A program made the translations under genes and the position numbers. Below are positions 16,458 through 20,000 of a DNA stretch of 20,000 nt, in pieces; within the stretch, counting starts at the first letter, position 1, and each line of letters starts with the position of its first letter. A model generated the notes under the pieces. That model worked only from the letters and a program-made list of their open reading frames with translations. It searched no databases and was not told where the DNA came from. Location of the stretch: positions 57,452 through 77,451 of the IMG/VR virus record IMGVR_UViG_3300025073_000045. One strand, given 5' to 3'. The DNA comes from an uncultured virus (IMG/VR IMGVR_UViG_3300025073_000045) (taxonomy: Duplodnaviria; Heunggongvirae; Uroviricota; Caudoviricetes).

Positions 16458-17793
16458 TTTGAGTCTCAATATTAGAAGATGGTTGACTTAGACCTTTTTT
16501 CTTAATACCTTGATTACTTGGATCTTTTGAAATAAATTTTCCTATGTCTTCTTGGAAAGGAATATCCATCTCAAATAATGGCCCATTATTTTGTTTTGCA
16601 ATGATCCATGTAATGTTTGATTCTACTAATTTTCTATCATGAGCTTTTGGATAATGTAAAAAGAATACTGTTCTTGCAACTTCTTCATATGCTCCAGAAT
16701 CTTTTAAATCAGATAGTTGTGGAATCATACTCTTTCTTTTAGTAAGATCTCTATTTAATTGTACTATAACACAAATATGTATATTTAATTCTTTTGCAAT
16801 AGCAAGCATCTCAGTTAAACACTTTGTTACTTGTTGAGCTTTATTTGATGTACTATTTACAACATCTTTTATTCTATCAAATAAATCAAAGAATGCAATT
16901 TCAATACCTTTTCTCTTTAGCATTCTTAATTCACTTTTTATCTCAGCGAGAGATTTACTTATACCTTCAATTAAATGGTAATTCCAAGTAGCAATCTTTT
17001 CTCTTGCTTCCATTAATTTTATCTTTCTAAAATCTGTATCTTCCCATATGTGGCAATCTACAATAAATTGACCAGGTATCCCACTGACTAAAGATTCTAG
17101 TCTATCAGATTCAACTTCCATTGTTTGCTCAAGAGCATAGTTTACTACACCTACTCCTTGCTCACACATATTTTTAATTAGATTAGTTTTTAGGGCAGAT
17201 TTACCATTTGAGGGTCTTGCAGCAATTACTGATATTTCCCCCCTTGATATTTTATAGGTTAAAATATTATCAATTTCTTCAAAGCCTGTAAGAATCCATT
17301 TTCTTTCTCTTTTTTCTTTATCCTGTTGAGCTCTAAACTCAAGATAGTTTGTACCTGAGACTACATTTGATGAATAAGTCTTTGTATCAAAAACTGAATC
17401 AATATCTCTTATAATAGTATCAAAAGAAGTATTATCATTATTAAGCCTTTTTGATACTTCTTTTAATTTTTGATCTGTAATTCTTCTGTTCTTCTTATCA
17501 TGTAAAATCTCAATAATAGAATCAAACTTCTCTTCAACATAGAATTTGTCTTCAATATTGAATAGTTCTTCAAGACTCAAAGGTTTTCCCATATTCTCAA
17601 GCATTGAATTTACTGAGAATATATCAACTTCTTTTTGCTGCTCAATAACTTTTCTAATTGCTCTAAATACTACGATAAAATTTGGATTTGCAAAATCTCC
17701 ATCATCTAATTCACCAATTCCTTTGAATGCAGCTTCTCGGCTATTAAGCATTAAACCAACTGCTAATTGCTCGGATAAAAAATCTTCAATCAT
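16444..17793 (-). CDS. dnaB: Replicative DNA helicase, DnaB family
   Basis: DnaB-like N-terminal domain, AARPSNGKS Walker A, ALEQ, QLNR, LSDLKDSG and IIAKQNNGP. Confidence 0.93.
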   Translation of the reverse strand: MIEDFLSEQLAVGLMLNSREAAFKGIGELDDGDFANPNFIVVFRAIRKVIEQQKEVDIFSVNSMLENMGKPLSLEELFNIEDKFYVEEKFDSIIEILHDKKNRRITDQKLKEVSKRLNNDNTSFDTIIRDIDSVFDTKTYSSNVVSGTNYLEFRAQQDKEKRERKWILTGFEEIDNILTYKISRGEISVIAARPSNGKSALKTNLIKNMCEQGVGVVNYALEQTMEVESDRLESLVSGIPGQFIVDCHIWEDTDFRKIKLMEAREKIATWNYHLIEGISKSLAEIKSELRMLKRKGIEIAFFDLFDRIKDVVNSTSNKAQQVTKCLTEMLAIAKELNIHICVIVQLNRDLTKRKSMIPQLSDLKDSGAYEEVARTVFFLHYPKAHDRKLVESNITWIIAKQNNGPLFEMDIPFQEDIGKFISKDPSNQGIKKKGLSQPSSNIETQNDRK

Positions 17794-18311
17794 ATTGTGC
17801 CCTTGGACTTGATCAGGATGTTTAATGAGTGGTTTGAGATTAATTTCTGTAAAGATTTAGGGGCAAATTCCCAATCTTCACTTGATGGGACATTTAGTAT
17901 GATTAATTTTGTCTGATTATAAATAGTCTCAATATAATTATTTAATGCTTCTTTTTGTATATTATTATATAATGAAAATTCTAAATTGTCAAGAAGCCTC
18001 ATATCATATGTAGATCGACTTAATTCTCTTATGCTGTCATACTGCCAACTATTTGTTATTCTTACGCATTTAGTACGTATGAATTTACTTTCCATAAAGG
18101 TAGTAATCAAGTAATTATAGATTAAATTTCCAATAAATGTATCACCTGTAAAAGATATGATTTTTGGGTCTACATCTGGAAAACTATTAATTACTTTATT
18201 TAATGCTTCCAAGCTGGCTTCACTTAATGAAGATTCAATAAGTGATGGATCAGTTAAATTAAGGTACCTTAAATTCCAGTCTTCTTCATATTTTTTAAGA
18301 CCATCTGTCAT
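17790..18311 (-). CDS. Degenerate DnaC/IstB-like helicase-loader homologue (putative)
   Basis: Lies between the initiator and DnaB. GDTFIGN sits at a Walker-A-like position, DMRLLDNL is Walker-B-like, and IETIYNQTKLIILN resembles the DnaC/IstB RY...PTIITSN region. Confidence 0.5.
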   Translation of the reverse strand: MTDGLKKYEEDWNLRYLNLTDPSLIESSLSEASLEALNKVINSFPDVDPKIISFTGDTFIGNLIYNYLITTFMESKFIRTKCVRITNSWQYDSIRELSRSTYDMRLLDNLEFSLYNNIQKEALNNYIETIYNQTKLIILNVPSSEDWEFAPKSLQKLISNHSLNILIKSKGTI

Positions 18312-19102
18312 AAAAATTTAATCCCATGAGAATTAGAAGTTCTATTTGCTGCTTTAATCTGTACTAAGCCTTTAAAGAAATTTTTCTGGAGAGTAGTACA
18401 ATCAATAATAACTTTCTGCCAGAAATTTGTGTGGCTTGTAAAATAATCAACTACTTTTTGATATTCTTCCAATGATACAGAAGGATTAGCTTTCACAAGA
18501 GTAAATATTTTTCTTATCTCACTATTTCTATCTTTAGTAGTGAGATATACTTCTCTTATATTTTTTTCCTTTAATTTTAAATACAAATATTCAACTACAT
18601 CAATTGCCAAGATAAACTTTGGATCTTTCATCAATTCTGCTTGCTCTTTCTTTCTTTGTTTTCTACGCTCTGTTTTAGTTGTGCATTTGATTTTTGAAGT
18701 AGCAGGTATACTTAACTGTTCTAGTTTTTTAGTATATATATTCTGAGGTATATATACTTGCTCTATCAATCCTTCAATAGTAGTTAAATCATTTTCAAAT
18801 ATAGTAGATTGCATATCAATAATTTGATCATTTGTCCAATCTTCAACATGAAAAGATACAAATCCAGAAGGGAATAAAACACCTAATTCATTTTTATTAA
18901 TATTATATTCAAAGTGTTCTGCTGCTTCAAGTTTATTTAATAGAAAAAATACTTGTTGATGGCTACCATCAAATGATTTCTTAATAACATTTAAATTAAA
19001 TTGTGAGGATATATTGCTGCGACAAAGAAAGAGGTAGAATAAAAGTTTAGCCTCTGAATTACTCAGACTAGTAAATTGTTCTGGTGAAATTATATTAATC
19101 AT
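18308..19102 (-). CDS. Putative phage replication initiator (lambda-O-like C-terminus)
   Basis: N-terminal wHTH-like segment. C-terminal NFWQKVIIDCTTLQKNF resembles the FW..N.LSP.KLR..F/W pattern of O-type initiators. First gene of the replication run. Confidence 0.5.
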   Translation of the reverse strand: MINIISPEQFTSLSNSEAKLLFYLFLCRSNISSQFNLNVIKKSFDGSHQQVFFLLNKLEAAEHFEYNINKNELGVLFPSGFVSFHVEDWTNDQIIDMQSTIFENDLTTIEGLIEQVYIPQNIYTKKLEQLSIPATSKIKCTTKTERRKQRKKEQAELMKDPKFILAIDVVEYLYLKLKEKNIREVYLTTKDRNSEIRKIFTLVKANPSVSLEEYQKVVDYFTSHTNFWQKVIIDCTTLQKNFFKGLVQIKAANRTSNSHGIKFL

Positions 19103-19131
19103 ATTGAAAATTTACTCCAAAATTGATGTGA

Positions 19132-19139
19132 CAAAATTA
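19132..19139 (-). promoter_or_regulatory. Candidate TAnnTTTG (-7 type) promoter element at the head of the gene run
   Basis: TAATTTTG on the minus strand, 29 nt upstream of the ATG at 19102. Confidence 0.35.
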
Positions 19140-19171
19140 AACAATCAGTTACTCCATTGGTGCGAAATTAA

Positions 19172-19339
19172 TTGAATCCAGAAGAATATAAGATATTGTT
19201 TGAAGAATTAGTTTCACTACTAAATGATCCAGAATTTAACTTATGGTTAAAATCTCAGGAGAATGAAGATAATTTTACAGATTGTATAGAAACACTATCA
19301 AATATGATTGAAAACTATAAAAGAGATAAGGTTAATTAA
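19172..19339 (+). CDS. Small acidic hypothetical protein (55 aa, absent from the ORF track)
   Basis: TTG start with GGTG upstream, translating to MNPEEYKILFEELVSLLNDPEFNLWLKSQENEDNFTDCIETLSNMIENYKRDKVN. The stop overlaps the next ATG (TAATG). Confidence 0.65.
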   Translation: MNPEEYKILFEELVSLLNDPEFNLWLKSQENEDNFTDCIETLSNMIENYKRDKVN

Positions 19340-19563
19340 TGGATGAGAAAGAGATTAAAATAACGTCCAATACCCCTGTTGAGCAACTTATAGAAAAAAT
19401 TGCTTTAGGCGAACTCCAATTAGAGGGTAGAGGTTATATCAATAAAAACTCCGGAGTTGTAGGATTGATGATATATGTAAAGGATTCTCCCAGTGAAATA
19501 ATTGATATCTACTATGAAAATTATCTTGAATCTGATGGAAAGCTACTTAAGATTGGTGGCTAA
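19339..19563 (+). CDS. Hypothetical protein (74 aa)
   Basis: Coupled to the upstream small ORF; does not overlap any other gene. Confidence 0.65.
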   Translation: MDEKEIKITSNTPVEQLIEKIALGELQLEGRGYINKNSGVVGLMIYVKDSPSEIIDIYYENYLESDGKLLKIGG

Positions 19564-19755
19564 TAATCTCAATAAAATAAAGTATACTCAGAGTTGCGGA
19601 AAATTCCAATATATTTAACTAAAAAGCTATTTAACTTATTTTAGTTTTAAATTATTAACCTTATTTATATATAATATATTAGGATTTTCGAACTCGGTGT
19701 TCTTCAAATTGAGAGTTTTAAACTTTTTACAGATTGATTTTTGAACCGCCAGAAA

Positions 19756-19785
19756 AAGTCAAAACACACAAGTTACTTTTGACTT
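19756..19785. repeat. Inverted repeat in the non-coding tail
   Basis: AAGTCAAAA-12 nt-TTTTGACTT. Confidence 0.5.
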
Positions 19786-20000
19786 GTTATATGACATATT
19801 CACTAATGAAGTCAACGGTTCAACGGGTGTTTTTAAATTAAATTTGAATTAAATTATGGTAAACAAGATCTTAACATTTATATTATTAACATTCTGATAT
19901 AAAATATAAAAGCAACTACGGGCGAGCGCATTGGAAAGAAGTTTATTTATTAGAATATTTTGATTATCAATTATTTCACTAATAAGATACATTTTATATT

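Noticed and set aside
9158..17793. Introns or inteins in the TS, helicase or DnaB genes
   Set aside because: Lengths are normal, frames are uninterrupted, and no splicing or homing-endonuclease motifs were seen.
1644..18746. Plus-strand ORFs of 60-96 aa (1644, 3665, 8360, 10315, 10533, 12228, 12777, 13572, 14474, 17546, 18540)
   Set aside because: They are antisense shadows of well-supported minus-strand genes and show no recognisable protein motifs.
1..19563. Stop-codon reassignment (alternative genetic code)
   Set aside because: Genes are full length and tightly packed in code 11, and TAA, TAG and TGA all serve as terminal stops.
19564..20000. tRNA, CRISPR array or sigma70 promoter in the tail
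   Set aside because: No cloverleaf or T-loop, no regularly spaced long repeats, and TTGACT at 19779 lacks a convincing -10 at the right spacing.

Overview
AT-rich, gene-dense DNA that looks like a bacteriophage or prophage in the standard genetic code. Positions 1-19102 form one long minus-strand gene run with many ATGA/TAATG overlaps. In transcription order it starts with a replication module: a lambda-O-like initiator, a degenerate DnaC-like protein, DnaB, a sigma70-like factor, an SF2 helicase and a 5'-3' exonuclease. A large nucleotide/DNA-modification cluster follows: an all-alpha dNTP pyrophosphatase, an acyl carrier protein, a dCMP-type thymidylate-synthase homologue, a dNMP kinase, a pyrimidine-dimer-glycosylase-like protein, two paralogous C5-cytosine-MTase-fold proteins, an amino-MTase, Nmad1/DUF1599, and MTase-GT4 and GT2-TPR-GT4 fusions. 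The most striking feature is that the modification enzymes carry non-canonical active-site motifs. Both C5-MTase paralogs have Lys/Arg at the motif X Asn, the position known to switch C5-MTases to carboxy-SAM. The TS homologue has the dCMP-specifying Asp but lacks HxY, and the amino-MTase has DVLF in place of DPPY/F. Together these suggest an uncharacterised cytosine hypermodification pathway. Two small plus-strand ORFs and a non-coding, repeat-containing tail end the window. All family calls come from reading motifs by eye; no database search was run.
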